Below the pieces are notes generated by a model. The model had not been told where the DNA came from. It saw nothing but the letters and a program-made list of their open reading frames with translations, and made no database searches. Shown one piece after another: positions 55,440 through 64,000 of a DNA stretch of 64,000 nucleotides. The stretch is from an uncultured Streptococcus sp. (GTDB taxonomy: Bacteria > Bacillota > Bacilli > Lactobacillales > Streptococcaceae): NCBI GenBank assembly GCA_963517545.1, contig CAUQGR010000001.1:12584-76583 (forward strand). Direction: 5' to 3'. How positions within the stretch are numbered: the first letter of the stretch is position 1; each line of letters starts with the position of its first letter. The position numbers were made by a program, and so were the translations under genes.

Positions 55440-56102
55440 CTACCTCCTGTCCTTGCTATGCAAGACAACCACATAGCCATCTGGGCAAGTCACCGAAACT
55501 TCCCTATCTATATATTCGTTAGAAGCGTACACTTTTTTAAAGAAAAAATTTTCCTCTGTCAACTCATACTTGGCTCCGAGAATGGTCAACCGGCTATCCC
55601 GAACTGGCATAAAGGCTAGATAGTCGTAGTCTGAACGAGGCTGTAGCTGACTGGTTCCTTCTGGACAATAGGTAATCAAGTTTTGTCCATCCTCAATTTC
55701 TATCTGACGCATATAAGGTGCCAACTTGGGATTGCTAGGTAGAAAGACATTAGCCAGTATATGGTCAATACGGCCACCCAAAGCACCGAAAATAGTAACC
55801 TGGGCCTGAGGATTTTGTTTAAAAATGGTCAAGAGAGCCAATTCCAAATCCGTGTCATCTTTTTCCGGATGAGCTTGGACAAACTGCTGGGCACATTTTT
55901 GAATCAACTGACGCTCTTCTGCGGTTACAGAATCAAAATCCCCAACTGCTATGGCGAGAAGAAGTTTTTCCTCTAAGACCCAGAGCGAGCCCCGATCCAC
56001 ACCGACAAAGCAATCAAAATCCGTCCGGTAGTGACCGCGGTCTCCGCCTGCAAAAACGGCAACCCTAGTCCAGTTGTTTTCTGAGAGTTTGTACTCGCTC
56101 AT
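55440..56102 (-). CDS. thiN: Thiamine pyrophosphokinase
   Basis: GDFDS, EKDDTD and GGRIDH; start uncertain. Confidence 0.92.
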   Translation of the reverse strand: MSEYKLSENNWTRVAVFAGGDRGHYRTDFDCFVGVDRGSLWVLEEKLLLAIAVGDFDSVTAEERQLIQKCAQQFVQAHPEKDDTDLELALLTIFKQNPQAQVTIFGALGGRIDHILANVFLPSNPKLAPYMRQIEIEDGQNLITYCPEGTSQLQPRSDYDYLAFMPVRDSRLTILGAKYELTEENFFFKKVYASNEYIDREVSVTCPDGYVVVLHSKDRR

Positions 56103-56721
56103 TGACATCTCCCTTAAAGACATAGGAACCTGCTACAAAAACGGTCGCACCAGCTTCTTTAGCCTGAGCAATAGTTTGATCATCAATCCCGCCATCGACT
56201 TCTATTTCAAAGTTCAAGCCTTTTTCCTCACGAAGGGCAACCAACTCACGAACCTTATCCATGGTTTCAGGTAGAAAGGCTTGACCGCCGAAGCCAGGAT
56301 TCACTGTCATGACCAAGACTTGGTCAACTAGGTGAAGCACGTGCTTAATGGCTTCAACAGGCGTACCAGGGTTAATGACAACCGAAGGTTTAACGCCGAG
56401 AGAACGAATCTTTTGGAGGGCACCATGAATATGAGGCGTTGCTTCCACATGGATGCTGATGATATCTGCCCCTGCACGCGCAAAATCTTCTAAATGATGC
56501 TCTGGATTAGCTACCATCAAGTGGCAGTCAAAGACCATCTTGCTATGAGGGCGAAGAGCTTCGACCACACCTGCACCAAAACTGATTTGTGGTACAAAGT
56601 GACCATCCATGATATCGATATGGGCATACTCTGCCCCAGTTGCTTCTAGGCGTTTGATTTCACGTTCAAAGTTGGCATAATCTGCTGCCAGAATTGACGG
56701 AGCAATCTTGTATTGAGACAT
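56065..56721 (-). CDS. rpe: Ribulose-phosphate 3-epimerase
   Basis: HIDIMDGHFVP, MTVNPGFGGQ and DGG. Confidence 0.97.
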   Translation of the reverse strand: MSQYKIAPSILAADYANFEREIKRLEATGAEYAHIDIMDGHFVPQISFGAGVVEALRPHSKMVFDCHLMVANPEHHLEDFARAGADIISIHVEATPHIHGALQKIRSLGVKPSVVINPGTPVEAIKHVLHLVDQVLVMTVNPGFGGQAFLPETMDKVRELVALREEKGLNFEIEVDGGIDDQTIAQAKEAGATVFVAGSYVFKGDVNERVQTLRKQLD

Positions 56722-56731
56722 AGGTTTCTCC

Positions 56732-57610
56732 TTATTTTGGAATTTTTTTGCTGACTTTTTTATAGGTTTCTCTGCGATTTTCAATTTCACTGAGGAATTG
56801 TAGGTAGTTGTCAAAACGGAAGGTGGCAATGATTCCTTCATCTACAGCTGGTTTAACCGCACAAGACGGCTCATGGGTATGGGTACAGCTACGGAACTTA
56901 CAATCTCGACTAATACTAGCAAGCTCTGGAAAGGCCTGATTAAGATCTTCAGCCGTTGATACTTCATAGTCCAGCGATGAGAATCCCGGTGTATCTGCGA
57001 TTTTACCCCCATTGAGGTTGTAGAAACTGACCGCACGAGTTGTATGACGCCCGCGACCTAGACTGTCTGAGATTTCTCCTGTTTCAAGATTGAGGTCTGG
57101 TGCGATTTTATTGAGAAGAGTTGATTTCCCAACACCTGTCTGCCCCATAAAGACTGTAACCTTGCCTGTTAACAAAGGAAGGAGTCCCTCTTTACTGGTC
57201 ACAAAGTCATAGCCAATGTCACCATAGGTCTGTTCATAAAAATCCAGTTCTTCACTATCTTCCAACAAATCCATTTTAGAAATATAAACGATGGGATGGA
57301 TGTCCTTGTGCTCCAAAAGAACCAGGAAACGATCCAGCAAATTGCTGTTGAAATCAGGTTCTTTGACAGACATGATCACCACAGCTTGGTCAATATTGAC
57401 AATAGGCGGACGAACCAGACTGTTTTTCCGTTCGTGAATCTTGAGGATATAGCCTTCTGAATTTTCCTCGGCAGAAAAATCTACCCAATCCCCAACGTAG
57501 GGAGTATGGCCTTTTTTACGGAAATTCCCACGCGCGCGTGTTTGATAGACCTGGCCATCACTCTCTACATAATAGAACCCAGCCAAGGCTTTAATGATTT
57601 GTCCCTGCAT
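56732..57610 (-). CDS. rsgA: Ribosome small subunit-dependent GTPase RsgA
   Basis: [13 protein letters not shown] and DTPG; CxxxxCxHxxxxxC zinc finger. Confidence 0.97.
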   Translation of the reverse strand: MQGQIIKALAGFYYVESDGQVYQTRARGNFRKKGHTPYVGDWVDFSAEENSEGYILKIHERKNSLVRPPIVNIDQAVVIMSVKEPDFNSNLLDRFLVLLEHKDIHPIVYISKMDLLEDSEELDFYEQTYGDIGYDFVTSKEGLLPLLTGKVTVFMGQTGVGKSTLLNKIAPDLNLETGEISDSLGRGRHTTRAVSFYNLNGGKIADTPGFSSLDYEVSTAEDLNQAFPELASISRDCKFRSCTHTHEPSCAVKPAVDEGIIATFRFDNYLQFLSEIENRRETYKKVSKKIPK

Positions 57611-57611
57611 C

Positions 57612-58484
57612 TTAGAGCCCTTGCCCTTTAAGTGCGTCTGCTAGGCTGGCAAATTCTGCCAAGCTAAGAGCTTCCCCACGTACACTTGGTGACAAGCCTG
57701 CTTGGTCCAAAGCCTTGGTCAACTTGTCCTTGACCTCTTCAGTCTTGCCGAAGTAACCTGTCAAGTTATTCCACAAGGTTTTACGGCGATGAGTGAAACT
57801 AGCCTTGGAAACCTTAAAGAAGAAGTTCTCGTCTTCCACTGCTACGGCTGGTTCTGGACGACGCACCATTTTCAAAATAGCAGAGTCCACGTTTGGCGCT
57901 GGCACAAAGACAGTCCGAGGCACGATGAAAGCAACCTTGGCAGTCATGTAATACTGCACGGCGATAGACAAGCTACCATAAGCCTTGGTATTCGGCTGAG
58001 CGGAGATGCGGTCCGCTACCTCTTTCTGCATCATAACCACAAACTCACTAAAAGGAATCCCACTCTCGATCAAGTGCATGAGAATAGGCGTTGTGATGTA
58101 ATAAGGCAAGTTAGCCACTACCTTGATTGGCAGGTCAGGATTTTTAAAATTCTGGATATGTTGCGCCAAATCGACCTTGAGAATGTCCTCGTTGACTACG
58201 GTCACATTGTCAAAATCACGCAAGGTATCTGCCAAAATAGGCACCAAACGATGATCAATCTCAAAAGCCATGACTTGTGCTGCACGCTCAGCCAAAAACT
58301 CCGTCAAGGCACCAATCCCTGGCCCGATTTCGATGACATTGACCTGGTCATCAATCTCAGCCGTATCCACGATTTTTTGAAGGATATTGGTATCCGTCAA
58401 GAAATTTTGCCCAAAGGACTTTTTAAAGGTAAAACCGTGACGCTCCAGCACTGCCTTGGTCACGCTATAATCTGCAATTCTCAT
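57612..58484 (-). CDS. rsmA: 16S rRNA dimethyladenosine transferase
   Basis: GQNFL, EIGPGIG and NLPY motifs. Confidence 0.98.
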   Translation of the reverse strand: MRIADYSVTKAVLERHGFTFKKSFGQNFLTDTNILQKIVDTAEIDDQVNVIEIGPGIGALTEFLAERAAQVMAFEIDHRLVPILADTLRDFDNVTVVNEDILKVDLAQHIQNFKNPDLPIKVVANLPYYITTPILMHLIESGIPFSEFVVMMQKEVADRISAQPNTKAYGSLSIAVQYYMTAKVAFIVPRTVFVPAPNVDSAILKMVRRPEPAVAVEDENFFFKVSKASFTHRRKTLWNNLTGYFGKTEEVKDKLTKALDQAGLSPSVRGEALSLAEFASLADALKGQGL

Positions 58485-58548
58485 CTATTCTCTTTTCTAT
58501 TATCTGTTACTTCTATTGTAACACATTCCCCTTACATTTGGGGTCTGC

Positions 58549-59115
58549 TTAGCTGTTCTCATAAGATTTCATAGCTTCTTCCACTTCTGCCAAAGTAACC
58601 CCAAACAACTCTAAACGCTTGAGGAGTTGCTTGCCGTTGGAATAGCCGATTCGGAGAGCCTCTCCTAGATATTCTCGTCGCTTACGGCTGTCTGCCCCTG
58701 CTAGAAAGCCAAGGCGAATCAAGTCGCTACGACTGATGTCAAACTGACTCTCATGTTCAAATTGTTCTGTCACCTGAGCTAGAGCCATTTTCAGGTCTTC
58801 ATAGCTGGCATGCTCAATTCCCAGAGAACGGCCCTTGGTCTTGGACTTGGGAACAGCTTCATCTCGTTTGAGGAAGGCATGCTGAACTGTTGGAATGGCC
58901 GTCATAATCATGCGACGAATCCGCTCCCCATTAAAATCTGGGTCTGTAAAGACAATGACTCCATGGCGTTGGTGTAGACGTTGAATCCGCTCTAGATCCT
59001 GGTCATTGATAGCAGAACCTCGGGTTTCATAGGTCTCTACATCGAAGTAACGTTTGAGATTGGCCGTATCATCGCGACCTTCAACCACGATAACTTGGGA
59101 AATTTTCTCTTTCAT
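58549..59115 (-). CDS. rnmV: Ribonuclease M5
   Basis: Toprim motifs VVEGRDD and TDPD. Confidence 0.93.
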   Translation of the reverse strand: MKEKISQVIVVEGRDDTANLKRYFDVETYETRGSAINDQDLERIQRLHQRHGVIVFTDPDFNGERIRRMIMTAIPTVQHAFLKRDEAVPKSKTKGRSLGIEHASYEDLKMALAQVTEQFEHESQFDISRSDLIRLGFLAGADSRKRREYLGEALRIGYSNGKQLLKRLELFGVTLAEVEEAMKSYENS

Positions 59116-59888
59116 TACTTGCTATCCAATCCAAAAATTCGCTCTGCATTTGCAGTCGTTGCTACTGCTAGCTCTTCTGCCATCATGCCACGCAAATCTG
59201 CAATAAAATCCACTACATAGCGAGTATAGGCTGTTTTGTTTTCGCGACCACGCTTGGGTACAGGTGCTAAGTAAGGCGCATCTGTTTCCACCAAAATCTT
59301 GTCCAAAGGTAACTCTTTAGCTGCTTCTTGGATGTCAGTTGCTTTCTTAAAAGTCACCACTCCTGAGAAGGAAATAGTCATACCAAGATCCACAAACTTC
59401 TCTGCCCATTCAAGAGTCCCTGAGAAAGAATGCATAATGCCACCTCGAGGGCCAACTCCCTCGCTCTTGATAATCTCATAGGTATCTTCCAGCGCATCAC
59501 GGGTATGGACAACAAAAGGCAAATCCAAGTCCTTAGATAACTGAATCTGACGACGAAAAACCTGCTCCTGCACCTCTTTTGGCGCTGTCATCCAATGATA
59601 ATCCAAACCAATCTCACCTAAAGCCACAACCTTGGGATGTTTTAACTTATCCAACAAGTAAGCCTCGACTTCCTCCGTGTAAGTCCCTGCTTCTGTCGGA
59701 TGCCAACCAATAGTCGCGTAAAGTTGCTCATACTCATCCACCAACTCCAAAGCACGCTCAATCGTTAATTTATCAAAACCAACAATATTCATCTGTGTCA
59801 CACCCATCTCAGCAGCCAAGGTAATTTCTTCTGCCTCACGACCTGCAAATTCTTCTACATTCAAGTGTGTATGTGTATCAAAAATCAT
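59115..59888 (-). CDS. tatD: TatD family hydrolase
   Basis: DTHTH, GEIGLDY and ETDAPY motifs. Confidence 0.93.
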   Translation of the reverse strand: MIFDTHTHLNVEEFAGREAEEITLAAEMGVTQMNIVGFDKLTIERALELVDEYEQLYATIGWHPTEAGTYTEEVEAYLLDKLKHPKVVALGEIGLDYHWMTAPKEVQEQVFRRQIQLSKDLDLPFVVHTRDALEDTYEIIKSEGVGPRGGIMHSFSGTLEWAEKFVDLGMTISFSGVVTFKKATDIQEAAKELPLDKILVETDAPYLAPVPKRGRENKTAYTRYVVDFIADLRGMMAEELAVATTANAERIFGLDSK

Positions 59889-60045
59889 CTCTTCTAACCT
59901 CGTTTTCTATCTACTATTATAGCAAAAAAACTGAACTCTCTCCTCATCTGAAAAAAATATTCTAAAATCCATCGTCGTCTCTTGACGCTATTTTTTCAAA
60001 GCAGTATAATAGCACTTATTGAAATTTTCAGTAAAGGAAAATACC

Positions 60046-61890
60046 ATGTTTACAAAATTAAAACAGACCTTTATAGGTCGCCCTCTTAAATCCTTAACAG
60101 AAGGCGAGGGAGGTCTGCTGGGAAAAATGCAGGCCTTGGCCATGTTGTCAAGCGACGCTCTATCTTCCATTGCCTATGGGCCTGAGCAAGTAGTCCTCGT
60201 CTTGGCTAGTCTCTCTCCTCTTGCGATATGGTGGAGCCTTCCTATCGGCCTCTTTGTCCTCCTGCTCCTAGCTAGCCTGACCGTCTCCTACCGTCAAATC
60301 ATCCATGCCTACCCTCAAGGGGGAGGGGCCTATATGGTTACTCGAGAAAATCTATCTCCCGAACTTGGCTTAATCGCTGGAGGTAGTCTGCTAGTTGACT
60401 ACATGCTGACCGTAGCGGTATCTGTTGCATCTGGAGCTGACGCTATCACAGCAGCTCTCCCTGCTCTCCACCCTTACAACCTCCACATTTCCATTTTTCT
60501 AGTTTGCTTGCTTATGCTCTTGAATTTACGGGGCTTAAAAGAATCTGCCAGTTCACTGATGATTCCTGTCTATCTCTTTATCATCAGCACTGTCTTTCTC
60601 TTGCTCTATGGAATCTTTCAACTAATGACAGGGTCTCTCAGCTATCAGGCAACTTCACCTATTGGGCATGCTGTTCCGAGCCTGTCTATCGTTCTCATTC
60701 TAAGAGCCTTTACCAGCGGCTCTGCCTCTCTGACAGGAGTTGAAGCTATTTCAAATGCCGTTCCCTTTTTCAAGGCTCCGAAAGAAAAGAATGCCGCTCA
60801 GACCTTGACCATCATGGCCTTGATTTTAGGTTTTCTTTTTTCAGGCATTACCTTCCTAAACTACTGGATGGGGATTATGCCTCAACACGGAGAAACTATT
60901 CTTTCACAGATGGCTCAAGGCATCCTTGGCACTTCCTTCTTAGGCCACCTTGGCTATTATATCTTCCAATTCTCCACAGCCTTGATTTTAGCCGTAGCTG
61001 CAAATACTGGCTTTTCGGCCTTCCCTATGCTGGCTTACAATATGGCTAAAAACAAATACATGCCCCATCTCTTTATGGAAAAAGGAGACCGCCTAGGCTA
61101 CTCCAATGGAATTTTAACTCTGGCATTTGGGGCTATGATTCTTCTTCTCATTTTTAATGGCAATACCGAACGTTTGATTCCTCTTTATACTATCGGTGTC
61201 TTCGTGCCCTTTGCCCTATCTCAGACTGGGATGATTCGCCATTGGAAAAAAGAAAAAGGGGCAAATTTCTTAAAACCTGCCCTTGCCAATATCCTTGGAG
61301 CTATCATTTGCTACGCTATTGTACTAATCTTGCTCTTTTTCCGTCTCAGTGATATCTGGCCTTTCTTCCCGATTATTCTCGTACTCACCCTACTCTTCTT
61401 GGCAATTCACAGTCATTACCAAAAAGTGGCCCAACAACTGCGACTCTATGAAGGAATCGAAAAACGTACCTACGATGGCAATCTTGTTCTCGTCCTAGTA
61501 GGGAATGTCACCCGTGTAAGTGTTGGAGCCATTAACTACGCTCAAAGTATCGGTGACGAAGTCTTAGCCATGCATATTTCTACCAAGGAAACCGCAGAAA
61601 AAGACCAAGAAATTCTCCAAGAATTTGCCGATTACTTCCCAACCATTACTCTGAAAAATATCAAAACCAGCTACCGCGATATCATTACCCCTACTGTCAA
61701 GTATGTCAAACGAATTTCCGAGGATGCCCAGAAAAAGAACTATACAGTCACTGTTCTGGTACCCCAGTTTATCCCTAATAAACCTTGGCAAAATATTCTA
61801 CACAATCAGATGAGCCTCAAACTCAAATACGCCCTTCGTTGGCACCAAGACGTTGTTGTCGCTAGCTACTCTTACCACTTAAAAGAATAA
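60046..61890 (+). CDS. KimA/YdaO-like APC-superfamily transporter (probable K+/H+ symporter)
   Basis: IGRPLKS...AMLSSDALSSIAYG, AYPQGGGAY and LHNQ, matching B. subtilis KimA as recalled. Confidence 0.8.
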   Translation: MFTKLKQTFIGRPLKSLTEGEGGLLGKMQALAMLSSDALSSIAYGPEQVVLVLASLSPLAIWWSLPIGLFVLLLLASLTVSYRQIIHAYPQGGGAYMVTRENLSPELGLIAGGSLLVDYMLTVAVSVASGADAITAALPALHPYNLHISIFLVCLLMLLNLRGLKESASSLMIPVYLFIISTVFLLLYGIFQLMTGSLSYQATSPIGHAVPSLSIVLILRAFTSGSASLTGVEAISNAVPFFKAPKEKNAAQTLTIMALILGFLFSGITFLNYWMGIMPQHGETILSQMAQGILGTSFLGHLGYYIFQFSTALILAVAANTGFSAFPMLAYNMAKNKYMPHLFMEKGDRLGYSNGILTLAFGAMILLLIFNGNTERLIPLYTIGVFVPFALSQTGMIRHWKKEKGANFLKPALANILGAIICYAIVLILLFFRLSDIWPFFPIILVLTLLFLAIHSHYQKVAQQLRLYEGIEKRTYDGNLVLVLVGNVTRVSVGAINYAQSIGDEVLAMHISTKETAEKDQEILQEFADYFPTITLKNIKTSYRDIITPTVKYVKRISEDAQKKNYTVTVLVPQFIPNKPWQNILHNQMSLKLKYALRWHQDVVVASYSYHLKE

Positions 61891-61956
61891 AGAAAAGGCC
61901 CTACCAGAACCAATAAGCGTCTGATAAGGCCTTTTTCTGAATCCAGTCACTATGCT

Positions 61957-62198
61957 TATACTCAATGAAAATCAAAGAGCAAACTAGGAAGCTAGCCGCA
62001 GGCTGCTCAAAGCAGTGCTTTGAGGTTGTAGATGAAACTGACGAAGTCAGCTCAAAACACTGTTTGGAGGTTCAGATAGAACTGACGAAGTCAGCTCAAA
62101 ACACTGTTTTGAGGTTGCAGATGAAACTGACGAAGTCAGTCACATATATACGGTAAGGCAACGCTGACATGGTTTGAAGAGATTTTCGAAGAGTATTA
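61957..62198 (+). repeat. BOX element (boxA-boxB x3-boxC)
   Basis: Three ~45-bp boxB units between boxA and boxC. Confidence 0.95.
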
Positions 62199-62221
62199 AC
62201 TGAAAAGCATGACTAGGCATA

Positions 62222-64000
62222 TTATTGAATGTGGTTAGCTAAATCTTCCTGAGCTTTTTTATTTGACTCAGCTTTTTCTTTCAGCCATTTTTCATAGAGT
62301 TCTTGGTACTGTTTAGCAGTTACTGGCTCTTTTTGCAATTCAACATATTTGTAGTTGTCCGCATTTCCCTTATGACCAACGAATGAGAATGGACCTGTAA
62401 ACGGTACAGTCTTACGGAAGATTGGGTTGGCTCCACCACTTTGAACTGGTAGGAAGAGGGCACTATCTGTCAACCAAGCTTGGGCTTCAGCGTATTTTTC
62501 ATAGCGAGCTTGAGTATCTGTGATTTCCGCATCAGCCTGATCCAAGAGTTTCTTATAGTCAGAAAGACCAAGCTTGTCCTTCACTTCCTTGTCTTTTCCT
62601 TCAGACAAGCCCATGTTTTTCAACTGAGAACCTGTCTCTGGATCTAGAATCGCTAGGTAAGTCTTAGGATCTGAGTAGTCTCCTCCCCATCCTGAGATGT
62701 CGATGTCGTAGTCTTTTTGTTCTGCTGTATCTGCAAAGTAAGTTGCCTGGTCTTTTTCATCCGGAGAAAGTTGGATAACATCAATGACTACATTATCCTT
62801 ACCAAGAGTTTCTTCCACTGTTTGTTTGAAAGATCCAGCCTGTTGCACATCCAACTTAGCAGTCTGGTCAACTGGCATATCCAAATGAATTGGGAAAGTT
62901 ACTCCCTGAGCTTGCAGGCTTTCTTTAGCCTTAGCAAATTTCTCTTTGGCCTTATCAGGGTTCAAGAAGGCTTGCTTACCATCGTTTAGGTTGATATTGG
63001 CCCAATCTTTACCGTAGTTGACAATTTTTTCATTAACAATATCACCAAAGTTCTTATCGCCAACTTGAACAAAATTACTTGGTGTAACTGTGTTACGCAA
63101 GATACGGTCTGCTCCATCTTCACCATTTGTCTGTGCTGCATAGGCATGACGGTCAAAGGCAAAGTTGATAGCCTGACGGAAATCTTTATTTTGCATAGCT
63201 GCGCGTGAATCTGTCTTTTCCTTATCAGACTGTTTCATAGTCTGCTTGTAGCTTTGACGATTGACGTTGAAAAGATAGTAGAAAGTAACTGAGTTTTGTG
63301 GTGTATAAGTAATCTTGTCCTCATTTCCCTTTTTGAGTTCAGCAAAGACTGAGCTGGTTGGGAAAATACGACCATCTGTATAGTTACCATCCAAGAAACC
63401 TCTTGCAATACTGTCTTGGTCAGAACCGTCAAAGAATGAAAGTTTCACTTTCTCGATTTTGACATTGTCCTTATCCCAGTAATTAGGATTTTTATCAAAT
63501 TCAATCAAAGATTTTGATGTGAAGGACTTAAACAAGTAAGGACCATTTGACAAGATACTTGATGGTGTCACACTTCCAAAGTCATCTCCCTTAGACTTCA
63601 AGAAGGCTTCATTTACAGGACTAAGAATACTTGCTGTTGTTTTAGAGTTCCAATAAGTCTCTGGTTGGATGAGGGTGTATTGGAGGGTGTAATCATCCAC
63701 TGCCTTCACACCAACGGTTCCAAAATCAGATGATTTTCCTTCAACATAGTCTGCTAGCCCCTTGATGGAGTCTTGTACCAAGTACAAGTTTTCAGCCTTT
63801 TTATCAGCTGCATACTTGAGACCAGTCACAAAGTCATGAGCCGTTACATCCGCATACTCTTCTCCTTCAGAAGTGTACCATTTAGCTCCCTGACGGATTT
63901 TATAAGTGTAAGTCAAACCATCTTTTGACACTGTCCATGACTCAGCCATAGATGGAATGAGATTGCCATACTGGTCATTTTCCAACAAGCCATCAATCAA
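62222..64000 (-). CDS. AmiA/AliA/AliB-family oligopeptide-binding lipoprotein (5' end outside the window)
   Basis: SKDGLTYTYKIR and KDFRQAINFAFDR; C-terminus WLKEKAESN. Confidence 0.9.
   Translation of the reverse strand: MIDGLLENDQYGNLIPSMAESWTVSKDGLTYTYKIRQGAKWYTSEGEEYADVTAHDFVTGLKYAADKKAENLYLVQDSIKGLADYVEGKSSDFGTVGVKAVDDYTLQYTLIQPETYWNSKTTASILSPVNEAFLKSKGDDFGSVTPSSILSNGPYLFKSFTSKSLIEFDKNPNYWDKDNVKIEKVKLSFFDGSDQDSIARGFLDGNYTDGRIFPTSSVFAELKKGNEDKITYTPQNSVTFYYLFNVNRQSYKQTMKQSDKEKTDSRAAMQNKDFRQAINFAFDRHAYAAQTNGEDGADRILRNTVTPSNFVQVGDKNFGDIVNEKIVNYGKDWANINLNDGKQAFLNPDKAKEKFAKAKESLQAQGVTFPIHLDMPVDQTAKLDVQQAGSFKQTVEETLGKDNVVIDVIQLSPDEKDQATYFADTAEQKDYDIDISGWGGDYSDPKTYLAILDPETGSQLKNMGLSEGKDKEVKDKLGLSDYKKLLDQADAEITDTQARYEKYAEAQAWLTDSALFLPVQSGGANPIFRKTVPFTGPFSFVGHKGNADNYKYVELQKEPVTAKQYQELYEKWLKEKAESNKKAQEDLANHIQ

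Noticed and set aside
57702..58574. 290-aa plus-strand ORF
   Set aside because: Antisense shadow of rsmA; no recognisable motifs.
61965..62156. 63-aa ORF MKIKEQTRKLAAG and ~45-bp tandem repeats resembling a CRISPR array
   Set aside because: These are boxB units and the usual BOX-derived spurious ORF; there are no unique spacers and no cas genes.

Overview
Chromosomal window from a mitis-group Streptococcus (S. mitis/pseudopneumoniae-like, inferred from BOX repeats and pneumococcus-like proteins; the species cannot be fixed from the sequence alone). Most genes are on the minus strand and are core: hrcA-grpE-dnaK, glnRA, pgk, pepA, piuBCDA, murI to scpAB-rluB, amiACDEF, tRNA-Cys, murA-epuA-endA, coaD, asnA, yidC, pflA, lysA, purR, tatD-rnmV-rsmA-rsgA-rpe-thiN-rmuC-yhaM and a KimA-like transporter. 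Three accessory-looking cassettes interrupt this backbone. (1) PadR plus two DUF2812 membrane proteins with tandem operators, beside a truncated IS30-family element. (2) A TrpXYZ-type ABC importer. (3) An orphan LanFEG-like ABC transporter plus a two-component system with a nis-box-like promoter. The most striking signal is not in the ORF track. Upstream of the TrpXYZ-type importer lies a 19-codon leader ORF, MNKRQAVTMNQNFYFSYFR, followed by a chain of mutually exclusive RNA helices ending in an intrinsic terminator. This has the full logic of a Phe/Tyr-sensing, ribosome-mediated transcription attenuator. All RNA pairings were derived by eye and all homology calls come from recognition, not database searches.
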